Shown: positions 1 to 8,843, counted from the first letter of the stretch. The stretch is 64,000 nucleotides of DNA from Longimicrobiales bacterium (GCA_035461085.1 DATHVW010000104.1:6018-70017); one strand, 5' to 3'. The notes: generated by a model not told the origin, from the letters alone. Translations and numbers: made by a program.

Positions 1-67
1 GCCAGGGCTCTCTTTCGCGGCGCGGAAATCAGCGGGGCGGCGTGCGTTATGGGCTGCCCGGGAGGAT

Positions 68-198
68 CGGACGCGGAACCCACTCTGCAGAACGGCTGGA
101 CGGGGCATGCGAATGTCACCGGGACCGCCGGGGTACATGTCCGGGCGCGTCGCGGCCATGCGGGTCTGAGCCGTTCTGCAGAGTGGGTTCCGCGTCCG
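68..198. repeat. Inverted-repeat element A: perfect 30-bp arms (68-97 and 169-198) flanking a 71-nt core
   Basis: Read directly: CGGACGCGGAACCCACTCTGCAGAACGGCT (68-97) is the exact reverse complement of 169-198. It lies in non-coding DNA upstream of the ABC-F gene and has the same geometry as 21853-21979. Confidence 0.9.
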
Positions 199-318
199 GT
201 TGCTGGACGATGACGGCTCCATCCGCCAGGTTTACTCCTCCCTGCACACAGTTCAACATCCAGCAAGGCGGCTGCTGCGCACGCGCGTCGCGCCGCCGCA
301 CGAGGCAGCAGCAGCAGC

Positions 319-2250
319 GTGAACATCCTGAACGTCAACAACCTCCCCAAGAGCTATGGCAGTCGCGTCATCTTCGACGGCGTGTCGTTCGCGATCGACG
401 ACACGGAGAAGGTGGGCTTCATCGGCGTGAACGGCTCGGGGAAGTCCACCCTGTTCCGCATAGTCGCCGGCATGGAGGGCGCGGACTCCGGTGACATTGC
501 ACGCCGCCGCAATACCACGGTCCGCTACCTGTCGCAGGAGCCGGAGTTCGAGGAGGGGCAGACGATCCTCGATGCCGTCGGCGAAGGACGGCCGGAGCTC
601 GGGGCGGCGTTTGCCGAATACGAGACCGTCACGCACGCGCTCACCGCGCCTGACGCAGATCACGACCGCCTGGTGCAACGGCAGGCGGAGCTGACGGCGA
701 CGATCGACCGGCTCAACGGCTGGGACTGGACGCATCGTGCGGAGGCAATGCTCACGCGCCTGGGTGTGCAGGACTGGGAACGCGGCGTGGCTGGCCTGAG
801 CGGCGGCGAATCGAAACGCGTGGCGATCGCGCGCGCACTGCTGGCGCAGCCCGACCTGCTGCTGCTCGACGAGCCGACGAACCATCTCGACGCGGATACT
901 GTTCTGTTTCTCGAGGAGTATCTGATCGAGTATGCGGGCGCGGTGATGCTGATCACGCACGATCGCTACTTCCTCGATCGGGTGGTTGACCGGATGATCG
1001 AGGTCTCCGCGGGAGAGCTGACGACGTACATGGGCGGCTATACGGAGTACCTCGAGGCGCAGGCCGCGCGTGCGGAGTGGCAGGCGACGGTGGACGCAAA
1101 GCGCAGGAAGCTCGTCGAGCAGGAGCTCGAGTGGGCGCGCCGCTCACCCCCCGCACGCACGGGCAAGTCACGCGCTCGCGTCGATCGCGCACGAGCGCTC
1201 GAGAAGGAGAGTCGCACATACGCATCGAAACAGACGGCGGACCTGACGCTGCACGCGCCCGACACGGCACGGCTCGGACGCACGGTGCTCAACCTGCACG
1301 GCATCCGGAAGGCGTATGACGGCCGTGTGCTGATCGATGGCTTCGATACCATACTCCGCGCAGGCGAGCGCGTAGGCATCATCGGGCCGAACGGTGCCGG
1401 CAAGACCACCCTGGTGCGCATCATCCTCGGCGAGGAGCTGCCTGACAGCGGGGAAGTGGAGATCGGAGTCAACACCCGGATCGCATACTTCGATCAGCTG
1501 CGCACCCAGCTCGACGACAGCCTTTCCGTCTATGAAGCAGCGGGCGGCACCGACTGGGTGGAGATCGGCGGGCGCCGCGTCCATCTGCGAAGCTGGCTGG
1601 AGGACTTTCTGTTCCCGACCGAACGGCAGCAGCAGAAGGTGTCCAGCCTGTCCGGTGGCGAACGCAATCGCCTGATGCTCGCCAGGCTGTTCATGCAGCC
1701 CTCCAACCTGCTCATCCTGGACGAGCCCACCAACGACCTCGACCTCGTCACGCTGCAGGTCCTCGAGGCCGCGCTCACCGACTATCCCGGCTGCGTCCTG
1801 ATGGTCACGCACGATCGCTTCTTTCTCGACAAGATCGCCACCGCACTGTTCGTATTCGAAGGCAATGGCGTCGTGCACCGCCACGAAGGCGGCTTCGAGC
1901 TGTATCGCAGGCTGCGCGAGCAGCGCGAGGCTGCCGCAGCGGAGAGCGCCCGCGACGCGGCGCGCGCAGCGCGTGTCCAGCCGGCGCGCACGGACAAGCC
2001 GGTCGCCGGGTCCGCTCGTCCCACAAAACGGCTGAACTGGAACGAGGCGCGGGAGCTGGAGGGCCTCGAAGTACGCATAATGGAGGCGGAAACGGCCCGC
2101 GATGAGCTCGAGGCACGGCTGGCGGATCCGGCGCTGTACCGCGATCCGGCCGCCGCCGCGGACGCGACGGCGTCATTTTCGGCCGCGAAGGCGGCCGTGG
2201 AGGCGCTGTATGAGCGCTGGGCGGAGCTGGAGGAGCGCAGGAACGGCTAA
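319..2250 (+). CDS. ABC-F family ATPase (Uup/YheS-like, no membrane domain)
   Basis: GTG start. Two Walker A motifs (GVNGSGKST, GPNGAGKTT) and two signature motifs (LSGGESKR, LSGGERNR). Charged coiled-coil C-terminus. 643 aa. Confidence 0.85.
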   Translation: MNILNVNNLPKSYGSRVIFDGVSFAIDDTEKVGFIGVNGSGKSTLFRIVAGMEGADSGDIARRRNTTVRYLSQEPEFEEGQTILDAVGEGRPELGAAFAEYETVTHALTAPDADHDRLVQRQAELTATIDRLNGWDWTHRAEAMLTRLGVQDWERGVAGLSGGESKRVAIARALLAQPDLLLLDEPTNHLDADTVLFLEEYLIEYAGAVMLITHDRYFLDRVVDRMIEVSAGELTTYMGGYTEYLEAQAARAEWQATVDAKRRKLVEQELEWARRSPPARTGKSRARVDRARALEKESRTYASKQTADLTLHAPDTARLGRTVLNLHGIRKAYDGRVLIDGFDTILRAGERVGIIGPNGAGKTTLVRIILGEELPDSGEVEIGVNTRIAYFDQLRTQLDDSLSVYEAAGGTDWVEIGGRRVHLRSWLEDFLFPTERQQQKVSSLSGGERNRLMLARLFMQPSNLLILDEPTNDLDLVTLQVLEAALTDYPGCVLMVTHDRFFLDKIATALFVFEGNGVVHRHEGGFELYRRLREQREAAAAESARDAARAARVQPARTDKPVAGSARPTKRLNWNEARELEGLEVRIMEAETARDELEARLADPALYRDPAAAADATASFSAAKAAVEALYERWAELEERRNG

Positions 2251-2362
2251 AGTGTTATATTGGTAGTACTTACACGGAACCTCATGGGGTTTGTGGGGTT
2301 TCATGTGTAGTGCCGCAAGAGCCGCATTCGCCCAGGACATTCCCCGGAGTAAAGGAGACGCG

Positions 2363-3370
2363 ATGGCGCGACCGAAGATGACGACTCGAAACGCAGTCTT
2401 GCTGGCTACGGGAGCCGCGCTTATCACGGTGGGCTTCAGTGTGTCTGCATCGAGCCGGCGCAGCGTCGATACGCTGGTCGCCGAAGCGGCGTCGGGCGCC
2501 AGTCTCGTGAGCGAGGCGGCCGCCACCGTCATGGCCGGCACGTCGAAGCGGGCGGGTCTGGGTCAGGAGTGGGATCTGCCGAACCTGGATCACCCGCGCA
2601 TCGACTACTGGGTGGCGCGGTTCGACACGGTGCCGGAGATGCGCAAGAAGTTCCAGGGCTTCCTGGATCGAGGTGCGGAGCTCGCGCCGATGATCCTGGA
2701 GCGTCTGGAGGCGCGCGGCATGCCGCAGGACCTGCTGTACCTGGCGATGATCGAGTCGGGATTCCAGCCGAACGCGACGTCGCACGCGGCCGCGGTGGGT
2801 GTGTGGCAGTTCATCAGCGCGACGGGGCAGCGTTACGGTCTGGACATCGATCGCGCGGTGGACGAGCGACGCGACCCGGTGCGCGCGACGGAAGCTGCAC
2901 TGGACTACCTGGAGGACCTGCACGACCGATTCGGCTCGTGGTATCTGGCTGCAGCGGCGTACAACTCGGGCGAGGGCCGCGTGGGTCGTTCGATGCGCGC
3001 GGAGTTCGGACGTGAACGTGCGCGCAGCGAGTCGGAGTACTACCAGATCTGGGACAGGCTGCCGAAGGAGACGCGCGACTACGTCCCGCTCATGATCGCA
3101 GCAGCGCGGATCACGAAGGATCCTGAAGCGTACGGTTTCCGTCCGCTGACGCCTTCGCCGAGCGCCTGGGCAGAGATCACGGCGGCGCCCGCGACGCAGC
3201 TGGATGACATCGCGGCGATGTACGGCACCACGGTCGGGGAGCTGAAGGCGCTGAATCCTCACTTCCTGCTGAGTCGCACGCCGAACAACCGCAGCTATCC
3301 CGTGCGCGTGCCCGTCGGGGCGGTGCAGTATGCACAGGCGCAGGGGAGCCAGGTCAACGTCGCCGACTGA
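2363..3370 (+). CDS. Lytic transglycosylase (SLT domain) with C-terminal LysM
   Basis: SLT motif MIESGFQPNATSHAAAVGVWQF and a LysM-like C-terminus (LDDIAAMYGTTVGELKALNP). N-terminal membrane anchor. AAGGAG lies 6 nt upstream of ATG 2363, so the track ORF 2291 start is trimmed. Confidence 0.8.
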   Translation: MARPKMTTRNAVLLATGAALITVGFSVSASSRRSVDTLVAEAASGASLVSEAAATVMAGTSKRAGLGQEWDLPNLDHPRIDYWVARFDTVPEMRKKFQGFLDRGAELAPMILERLEARGMPQDLLYLAMIESGFQPNATSHAAAVGVWQFISATGQRYGLDIDRAVDERRDPVRATEAALDYLEDLHDRFGSWYLAAAAYNSGEGRVGRSMRAEFGRERARSESEYYQIWDRLPKETRDYVPLMIAAARITKDPEAYGFRPLTPSPSAWAEITAAPATQLDDIAAMYGTTVGELKALNPHFLLSRTPNNRSYPVRVPVGAVQYAQAQGSQVNVAD

Positions 3371-3391
3371 CGGGGTGAGCGAATGACACGA

Positions 3392-3419
3392 GGGGTCGCG
3401 GGCGAAAGCTCGCGGCCCC
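3392..3419 (+). terminator. Hairpin terminator candidate after the transglycosylase gene
   Basis: 12-bp stem GGGGTCGCGGGC/GCTCGCGGCCCC (two G-U wobbles) with a GAAA tetraloop, followed by TTCGTCGTT. Confidence 0.55.
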
Positions 3420-3467
3420 TTCGTCGTTGCGACACCAACCTTGCGTGGCGCAGTGCGTGCGCCTTGA

Positions 3468-3926
3468 TTGCGCGGAATGATGAACGCAGCGGAGCTCCAG
3501 CGGTACCTTCACCGTCACATCCCGATCTCGGACGCGATGGGCATCACGGTCACGACAGCGTCGGCGGCCGTCGTCGAGCTGCGCGCAGCGCTCGCACCGA
3601 ACCTGAATCATCGCAGCACCGCCTTCGGCGGCAGTGTCGCGTCACTGGCTGTGCTCGCCGCGTGGAGCGTGGTGCGGGTGGGGCTGGACGGGATCACGCC
3701 CGTGCCACAGATCGTCGTGCAGCGGACGTCCATCGAGTACGCGGCTCCCGTGTGGTCGGACTTCGACGCGGTGTGTCGTCGCCCGCCGGAGGAGGTGTGG
3801 CAGCGATTCATGCAGGCGTTTACGCGGCGCGGTCGTGGCCGGCTACGACTGGCGGTGGACATACGGTGCGCCGGCGAGCCGGTGGGACATCTCACGGGCG
3901 AGTTCGTCGCCATGACCGGCGCGTGA
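3468..3926 (+). CDS. Hotdog-fold thioesterase, YiiD C-terminal-domain-like
   Basis: 152-aa ORF resembling the putative thioesterase / YiiD_C family (LHRHIPISDAMGI...HRSTAFGGS). Its stop overlaps the recX start (TGATG). Confidence 0.55.
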   Translation: MRGMMNAAELQRYLHRHIPISDAMGITVTTASAAVVELRAALAPNLNHRSTAFGGSVASLAVLAAWSVVRVGLDGITPVPQIVVQRTSIEYAAPVWSDFDAVCRRPPEEVWQRFMQAFTRRGRGRLRLAVDIRCAGEPVGHLTGEFVAMTGA

Positions 3927-4600
3927 TGTCACGCACGATCACCAGGCTCGAGCCGCAGCGGCGCAATCCGGAGCTCGTCAACCTGTACCTCGACGGCGAG
4001 CTCCATGGTGCGGTGGCGTTTACCGCCGTGGATGCGGAGCGTCTGCATTCCGGCGACACGATCACACAGGAGCGGCTCGATCGTCTGCTGGCGGCGGACG
4101 AGCGCTGGAAGGCGCGGCACGCGGCGCTTTCGCTGCTGTCGGTTCGCGCGCGTGCGCGCGGTGAGCTGCGCGATCGCCTGCGCAGGAAGGGATTCAGCGA
4201 TGCTGCGGTGGAGCACGCACTCGCGGAAGTGGACAGGCTCGGGTTCGTGGATGATGCCGCGTTCGCGGAGTCGTGGGTACGCGACAGGCTGACACTGCGG
4301 CCGCGTGGTGCAAAGGCGCTCGTGCACGAGCTGGGTCGCAGGCATGTGGCGGCCGATGTCGCGCGGGCCGCGGTCGCGCGCGTCATGGAGGCGCAGAACG
4401 TCAGCGATGATGAGCTGTGCAGCGCGGCGGCTGGACGCTGGCTGCAGACGCATCCGGTGCGTGCGGGTGAAGATGATGCGCGCCGTGAGCGCAGGCTCGC
4501 CGGCTTCCTCGCCCGGCGCGGCTACCGTCCTGGCGCCATCAGGTCCGCAGTCGATGCGCTGCGCAGCGCGGCAGCCGATCGGGACCGACATTCCGCGTGA
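3926..4600 (+). CDS. recX: Recombination regulator RecX
   Basis: Typical RecX three-repeat helical sequence (LVNLYLDGE..., ALSLLSVRARARGELRDRLRRKGF..., FLARRGY). ATG 3926 lies inside track ORF 3383..4600, whose first 181 aa are Arg/Gly-rich shadow. Confidence 0.8.
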   Translation: MSRTITRLEPQRRNPELVNLYLDGELHGAVAFTAVDAERLHSGDTITQERLDRLLAADERWKARHAALSLLSVRARARGELRDRLRRKGFSDAAVEHALAEVDRLGFVDDAAFAESWVRDRLTLRPRGAKALVHELGRRHVAADVARAAVARVMEAQNVSDDELCSAAAGRWLQTHPVRAGEDDARRERRLAGFLARRGYRPGAIRSAVDALRSAAADRDRHSA

Positions 4601-5979
4601 AACGCGATGCCGACCGTGTCCGCGACATCGTGCGCCGCTGCGGCTGGAACGTCACATCCTGGCAGATCCTGAACCCGGGCTTCACATACTGGGTGCACCC
4701 CGGACACGACGCCGTCGTCGGGTACATCGAACGCAACGGCGTTCGCGTGGTCGGCGGCGCACCGGTATGCGCCGATGAGCATCTGGAGGATGTGGTCGCC
4801 GCCTTCGAGAGCGACGCATCGGCAGCAGGTGCCGGTGTAATCTATTTCGCGGCGGAGCGTCGCATGGCGGAGCTGGCGCGCGCGGAAGCGCGGCGCGTAA
4901 CGTTTCCGATCGGTGCGCAGCCGTTCTGGGATGCCGGCGTGCTGACGCGCGAGTTCGACAGGCATGCGTCGTTGCGGGCACAGCTCAACCGGGTTCGGAA
5001 CAAGGGCGTAACGACACGCGAGATCTCTACCCTCGATCCAACGACGGCTGCCGCCCTGCACAGGTGTCTCGCGGAGTGGATCGAGCAGCGCCCGCTCCCG
5101 CCGCTGCACTTTCTGATCGAGACCGAGACGCTGCGGGACGTCGTGGACCGTCGCCTGTTCGCAGCGGAGCTCGGCGGCGACGTCGTGGGATTCCTGGTAG
5201 CGACACCGGTACCCGCGCGCGGGGCCTGGCTCATTGAGCAGATCGTGCGCGGCGCCGCGGCGCCGAACGGCACCGCGGAGCTTCTGCTGCATCATGCGAC
5301 AGGGACGCTGCCGGGCAGGATCACCCTCGGTCTCGCGCCGCTGGCACGGCGCGGCGATCCCCTGGTGGACCGCGCGCCGCGCTGGGTGACGATCCTCCTC
5401 GCGCGGCTCCGCGCTCACGGCGGAGGGTACTTCAACTTCGAAGGGCTGGAACGCTTCAAGGCGAAGTTTGGCGGATCGTCGTGGGACGTGGTATACGCGA
5501 GCGTGGCGCCGGGTACACCTGTGACGCGCGCGCTGCTGGCCGTTACGGCCGCGTTCAGCGGTGAGTCGCTGCTGCCGTTTGCGGCGCGCGCAATGCGCCG
5601 GCGATTGGCCGGTTCTTCAGCCGGGATGTGGATGCGCACACGCCCGGTGCGTTCATTGCACCAGGCATCCGGGAAATGTCAAATGGAGGCGGGAATGTCC
5701 AGGGCGTTCGTGAACGAGGATCGTGATGATGATGTGCCGCGCGTGCACTTCACGCTGCCGCCGTTCAACGACCCGTCCTACCCGCGCGCCGCGGCTCTTG
5801 CACTGATCGAGGCGGCGTGCGACGGCCACACATCGGAGGCCGAGGAGGCGACGGGTTACCGCTTCGGAGAGCCGCAGCTGCACCGGTACGTCCGGAGTCT
5901 GCTGGAGCAGGAGGAGGCCCGGCCGGAAATGGAGCAGGATCGTCGTCTGATCACCGTCGCGAAACGGTTCCTGCGCTGA
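4597..5979 (+). CDS. DUF2156 (lysyl-phosphatidylglycerol synthase C-terminal-like, GNAT-fold) protein with an unrelated ~95-aa C-terminal tail
   Basis: N-terminal ~330 aa resemble standalone MprF C-domain/DUF2156 proteins. The GTG start overlaps the recX stop (GTGA). The tail from residue 367 has its own Shine-Dalgarno and ATG (see findings). Confidence 0.55.
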   Translation: MKRDADRVRDIVRRCGWNVTSWQILNPGFTYWVHPGHDAVVGYIERNGVRVVGGAPVCADEHLEDVVAAFESDASAAGAGVIYFAAERRMAELARAEARRVTFPIGAQPFWDAGVLTREFDRHASLRAQLNRVRNKGVTTREISTLDPTTAAALHRCLAEWIEQRPLPPLHFLIETETLRDVVDRRLFAAELGGDVVGFLVATPVPARGAWLIEQIVRGAAAPNGTAELLLHHATGTLPGRITLGLAPLARRGDPLVDRAPRWVTILLARLRAHGGGYFNFEGLERFKAKFGGSSWDVVYASVAPGTPVTRALLAVTAAFSGESLLPFAARAMRRRLAGSSAGMWMRTRPVRSLHQASGKCQMEAGMSRAFVNEDRDDDVPRVHFTLPPFNDPSYPRAAALALIEAACDGHTSEAEEATGYRFGEPQLHRYVRSLLEQEEARPEMEQDRRLITVAKRFLR

Positions 5980-5994
5980 CGGCTGCGACCCGCC

Positions 5995-6252
5995 TCAGAC
6001 GGGGATGCCGCGCCAGAACGCGGCGGCACGCGCCAGGCGTGCCGTCAGATCCGGCAGCTCATCGGGCAGGACCAGGTCGGCGAATCCGCACGTGGGACAC
6101 ACGAGCAGCACATCGCCGGCAACGGCGAACGGCTCCATCAGGTAGTGATCGGCACTTTCCGGACACGTGAACGGCCGGAGCGCTTCATACCGGTGATAAC
6201 GGCGCAGCATGGCGGCCACGCGACGGGCTTCGGCACGTGCAGTTTCGTTCAT
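5995..6252 (-). CDS. Small hypothetical protein with CPxxxxH...CPTC putative zinc ribbon
   Basis: 85-aa ORF from MNETARAE (track ORF 5995..6375 trimmed). GC3-rich. Divergent from the helicase gene. No family recognised. Confidence 0.35.
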   Translation of the reverse strand: MNETARAEARRVAAMLRRYHRYEALRPFTCPESADHYLMEPFAVAGDVLLVCPTCGFADLVLPDELPDLTARLARAAAFWRGIPV

Positions 6253-6338
6253 GTCCTCGAGATTACGGTTTTCTCCGCGCGGGATCCATGGGTTGTGCAG
6301 GCTTCTTGCACGTGGCGGGCGCAACGGAGGTGCATCGG

Positions 6339-8540
6339 GTGAGTGCTGAGGGCGGGCAGGATCTGAGACAGGCACTGCTGGACGCGGCGGCGACGCGTCC
6401 GCTGGTCGGCGGTGAAACAGACGACCTGATCGAGGATGCGGCGACGCGCATCGCCGACCTGCTCGGGTCCATTGACGGGCCGGAGCGCTGGACGCTGTTC
6501 GACGAGGCGCTGGCGCGCATGGCCACCCCGGGCGCGTCGCTGCGCAAGCTGGAAAAGCGCATCCGCCAGGCCGCGATCGGCGCGGCCGGCTCGGAGCGCG
6601 CGCGCGCGGTGGTCGCCGTGGCGCCCGAGATCCAGATCGACGATCTGCCGGGCACCGTCCGCTTCGGCATCGCGGACGAGGAGAAGGTGGTCATCGACGG
6701 ATCCGCGTACACCGTGCCGATCGCCGGGCGTCTGGTCGGCGGTGCGCTCGAGCGGACACTGCTTACGCGGAGCACGGACGAGTTCATCGCAGAGGCACGC
6801 CCTGCACTCCAGGCGCAGCTGCAGCTGGCACGTGAAGAGACGCGGAACGCGGCAGCGCAGATCGATCGCATCCTGAGCGAGCGCGTGTCACGCCCGCTCT
6901 ACGACGCACGCGGCCTCCGTCGCATGGTGCTGCGCGCGATCCGCGACGCGGATGACATCCCCGCCGCGCTCGAGGAGATCGAGTATCGCATTGGCGCGTT
7001 CGACCGGGAAGCGGGCGAGCGTGAGCGCGTGCGCGCGCTGGTCGAGGAGCACGGCCTCATCGCGTATCGTGAATACTTCCCGACCGCACGCTCGCTCGAG
7101 CGCCAGCTCATCATGTACGCGGGCCCCACGAACAGCGGCAAGACATGGCGGGCGCTGAACGACCTGGTCGCCGGTGAGTCGGGTGCCTACCTGGCGCCAC
7201 TGCGCCTGCTTGCCCTGGAAGGGCAGGAGGAAATCGAGAAGCGCGGCCGCGTCTCGAGCTTCCTCACGGGCGAGGAGCGCGACATCAAGGAGGACGCGCG
7301 GTTCATCGCGAGCACGATCGAGATGATGGATCCGCGGCGCGTCGTCGACACCGTCGTGATCGATGAGGTTCAGCTGCTGACGGATCGTGATCGCGGCTGG
7401 GCCTGGTGCCAGGCGCTGGTCGGCGCGCCCGCACGCAATGTCATCATGACCGGCTCCCCCGATGCGATTCCTCTCGTGAAGGCGATGGCCGAGTACCTGG
7501 GCGAGCCGCTCACGGTGCACATGCTCGAGCGCTATGTGCCGATCGAGGCGGCTGCACAGCCGATGTCGCTCGCGGACATCGAGCCGGGCACCGCCGTCAT
7601 CGCGTTCACGCGCCGCGACGTTCTCGCGCTGAAAGCCGAGCTGGAAGGAAAGCATCGAGTGGCGGTGATCTACGGTAACCTCACGCCGGAAGTGCGCCGC
7701 GAAGAGGCGCGCCGCTTCCGCTCCGGCGAGGCGCAGGTGCTGGTGAGCACGGATGCGATCGCCATGGGACTCAACCTGCCGATACGGACCGTGTGCTTCT
7801 CGACGCTCCAGAAGTGGAATGGCGAGGACGACGTGCAGCTCGAGCCGTGGGAGATCCTCCAGATCGGCGGTCGTGCCGGCCGGTTCGGCCACTACGAGCG
7901 AGGTCATGTCGGTGCGCTCGACCGCCGCGATGCTCGCCGCGTGGCGCAGGTGTTCTCGGCGGATTACGAGCCGCCGCATCGCGAGATCGCGACGAAGGTG
8001 CGCCCCGGCGCCGACCACATTGCGGTCATCGCGGAAGGATTGCACACGCGGCGTCTCGGACGCGCGCTGTCGGCGTTCCAGCGCGGGATGACGTTCGACT
8101 CGGAGCTGCTCTCGCCCGGTGTGCAGGATGACATGATCGTGCTCGCGGATCTGGCCGATCGCCATCCGAAGATCCCGCTCGCGGAGCGGCTGACGCTGGC
8201 ATCTGCACCGGTGGACATGCGCATCGAGTGGTTGATCGAGGAGTACGGTACCTGGATGGGTGTGCGAGCCGCGGCCGGCGAGGTCCATCTGGCGCCGCTT
8301 GCGCCGGTGTTTCAGAAGGAGCGCGCGTTCAGCGACGATGAGCTGCGCGGCGCCGAGATGGAGGCGAAACGGCTCACGCTCTATGCGTGGCTGGCCTACC
8401 GCTTCCCCGAGACGTTCCCGGATCTGGCGCACTGCTCTGCACAGCGTCGCTCGCTCGACGCTTTCATTGAACGCAGTCTCGCCGCACGCCGCCTGCGCCG
8501 GCAGGCGGAGCGGCCGCGCCGGGCACGCCGCCGCGGCTGA
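6339..8540 (+). CDS. Suv3-like superfamily-2 RNA helicase with long N-terminal extension
   Basis: Walker A GPTNSGKT, DEVQ box (VIDEVQLL), motif VI QIGGRAGRFG, and a Suv3-type C-terminal region. GGAGG lies 8 nt before GTG 6339. The start is uncertain (in-frame alternatives from 6237). Confidence 0.75.
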   Translation: MSAEGGQDLRQALLDAAATRPLVGGETDDLIEDAATRIADLLGSIDGPERWTLFDEALARMATPGASLRKLEKRIRQAAIGAAGSERARAVVAVAPEIQIDDLPGTVRFGIADEEKVVIDGSAYTVPIAGRLVGGALERTLLTRSTDEFIAEARPALQAQLQLAREETRNAAAQIDRILSERVSRPLYDARGLRRMVLRAIRDADDIPAALEEIEYRIGAFDREAGERERVRALVEEHGLIAYREYFPTARSLERQLIMYAGPTNSGKTWRALNDLVAGESGAYLAPLRLLALEGQEEIEKRGRVSSFLTGEERDIKEDARFIASTIEMMDPRRVVDTVVIDEVQLLTDRDRGWAWCQALVGAPARNVIMTGSPDAIPLVKAMAEYLGEPLTVHMLERYVPIEAAAQPMSLADIEPGTAVIAFTRRDVLALKAELEGKHRVAVIYGNLTPEVRREEARRFRSGEAQVLVSTDAIAMGLNLPIRTVCFSTLQKWNGEDDVQLEPWEILQIGGRAGRFGHYERGHVGALDRRDARRVAQVFSADYEPPHREIATKVRPGADHIAVIAEGLHTRRLGRALSAFQRGMTFDSELLSPGVQDDMIVLADLADRHPKIPLAERLTLASAPVDMRIEWLIEEYGTWMGVRAAAGEVHLAPLAPVFQKERAFSDDELRGAEMEAKRLTLYAWLAYRFPETFPDLAHCSAQRRSLDAFIERSLAARRLRRQAERPRRARRRG

Positions 8541-8589
8541 CGGTCACCGCCGATCAACGCGGCCCACTGTCGCTGTTTGACCGAGCGCG

Positions 8590-8763
8590 CTACAGCGTGC
8601 CCGGCTCGTTCTCCGCGGGCATGATGTTGCCGGCGTCCGGCTCCGGCTCGTGCTTCACGCCGGGCACAGGTCGCCGGGCGGTTTCCGGATCCTGCTCCTC
8701 CACTGACTTCCGGCGCGCGTCATCGCGATCCGCGACCTCCCGGTCCTTCCGTTCTCCCTCCAT
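8590..8763 (-). CDS. Small acidic/charged hypothetical protein (57 aa)
   Basis: ATG 8763 is preceded by GGAGG at 5-nt spacing on the minus strand. Sequence MEGERKDREVADRDDARRK... is low complexity with no family recognised. Confidence 0.35.
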   Translation of the reverse strand: MEGERKDREVADRDDARRKSVEEQDPETARRPVPGVKHEPEPDAGNIMPAENEPGTL

Positions 8764-8843
8764 CGTCCACCTCCTCTGCGGTATCGCTGGTACAGGCATC
8801 TTCGATACCAGACGGTCTGGAACCCTCATTGCATGACTGTCAG

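Noticed and set aside
303-318. Short GCA/CAG trinucleotide run (GCAGCAGCAGCAGCAG) immediately before the ABC-F GTG start
   Set aside because: There are only about five units and the run lies outside the coding frame. It is too short to argue for slipped-strand phase variation without population data.
42-494. Track ORFs 42..494 (+) and 116..301 (-) covering the first 300 nt
   Set aside because: They read straight through the 30-bp inverted repeat, are Arg/Gly/Cys-rich and have no Shine-Dalgarno. The plus-strand ORF also runs out of frame into the well-supported ABC-F gene. Treated as non-coding.
253-960. Long antisense or out-of-frame ORFs throughout the window. Examples: 253..960 (-), 2282..3262 (-), 6888..8432 (-), 15926..17509 (-), 24845..26230 (-), 28286..29716 (+), 30956..32302 (-), 43377..44423 (+), 52069..53196 (-), 54667..57672 (+, 1001 aa), 62726..63841 (-)
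   Set aside because: These are typical high-GC shadow ORFs. Each fully overlaps a gene with clear family motifs on the other strand or frame. Their products are Arg/Pro/Ala/Gly low-complexity with no motifs, and stop codons are simply rare in this composition.
3372-3383. 12-mer GGGGTGAGCGAA shared between the spacer after the transglycosylase gene and repeat unit 1 (30667-30678)
   Set aside because: The core GTGAGCGAAGG also occurs inside coding sequence (13979-13989 in the adaptor gene), and GTGAGCGAAG recurs at 41152-41161 in the GDE gene. It is made of preferred codons, so a chance match cannot be excluded. Not used as evidence for a motif.
3383-3925. N-terminal extensions offered by the ORF track. 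Examples: the first 181 aa of 3383..4600, 9003..10721, 11577..12797, 20154..21941, 22002..23807, 35051..36730, 54037..57201, 57146..58942
   Set aside because: The extensions are compositionally shadow-like, overlap neighbouring genes or repeat elements, and precede internal starts that give family-typical N-termini, signal peptides or Shine-Dalgarno sites.
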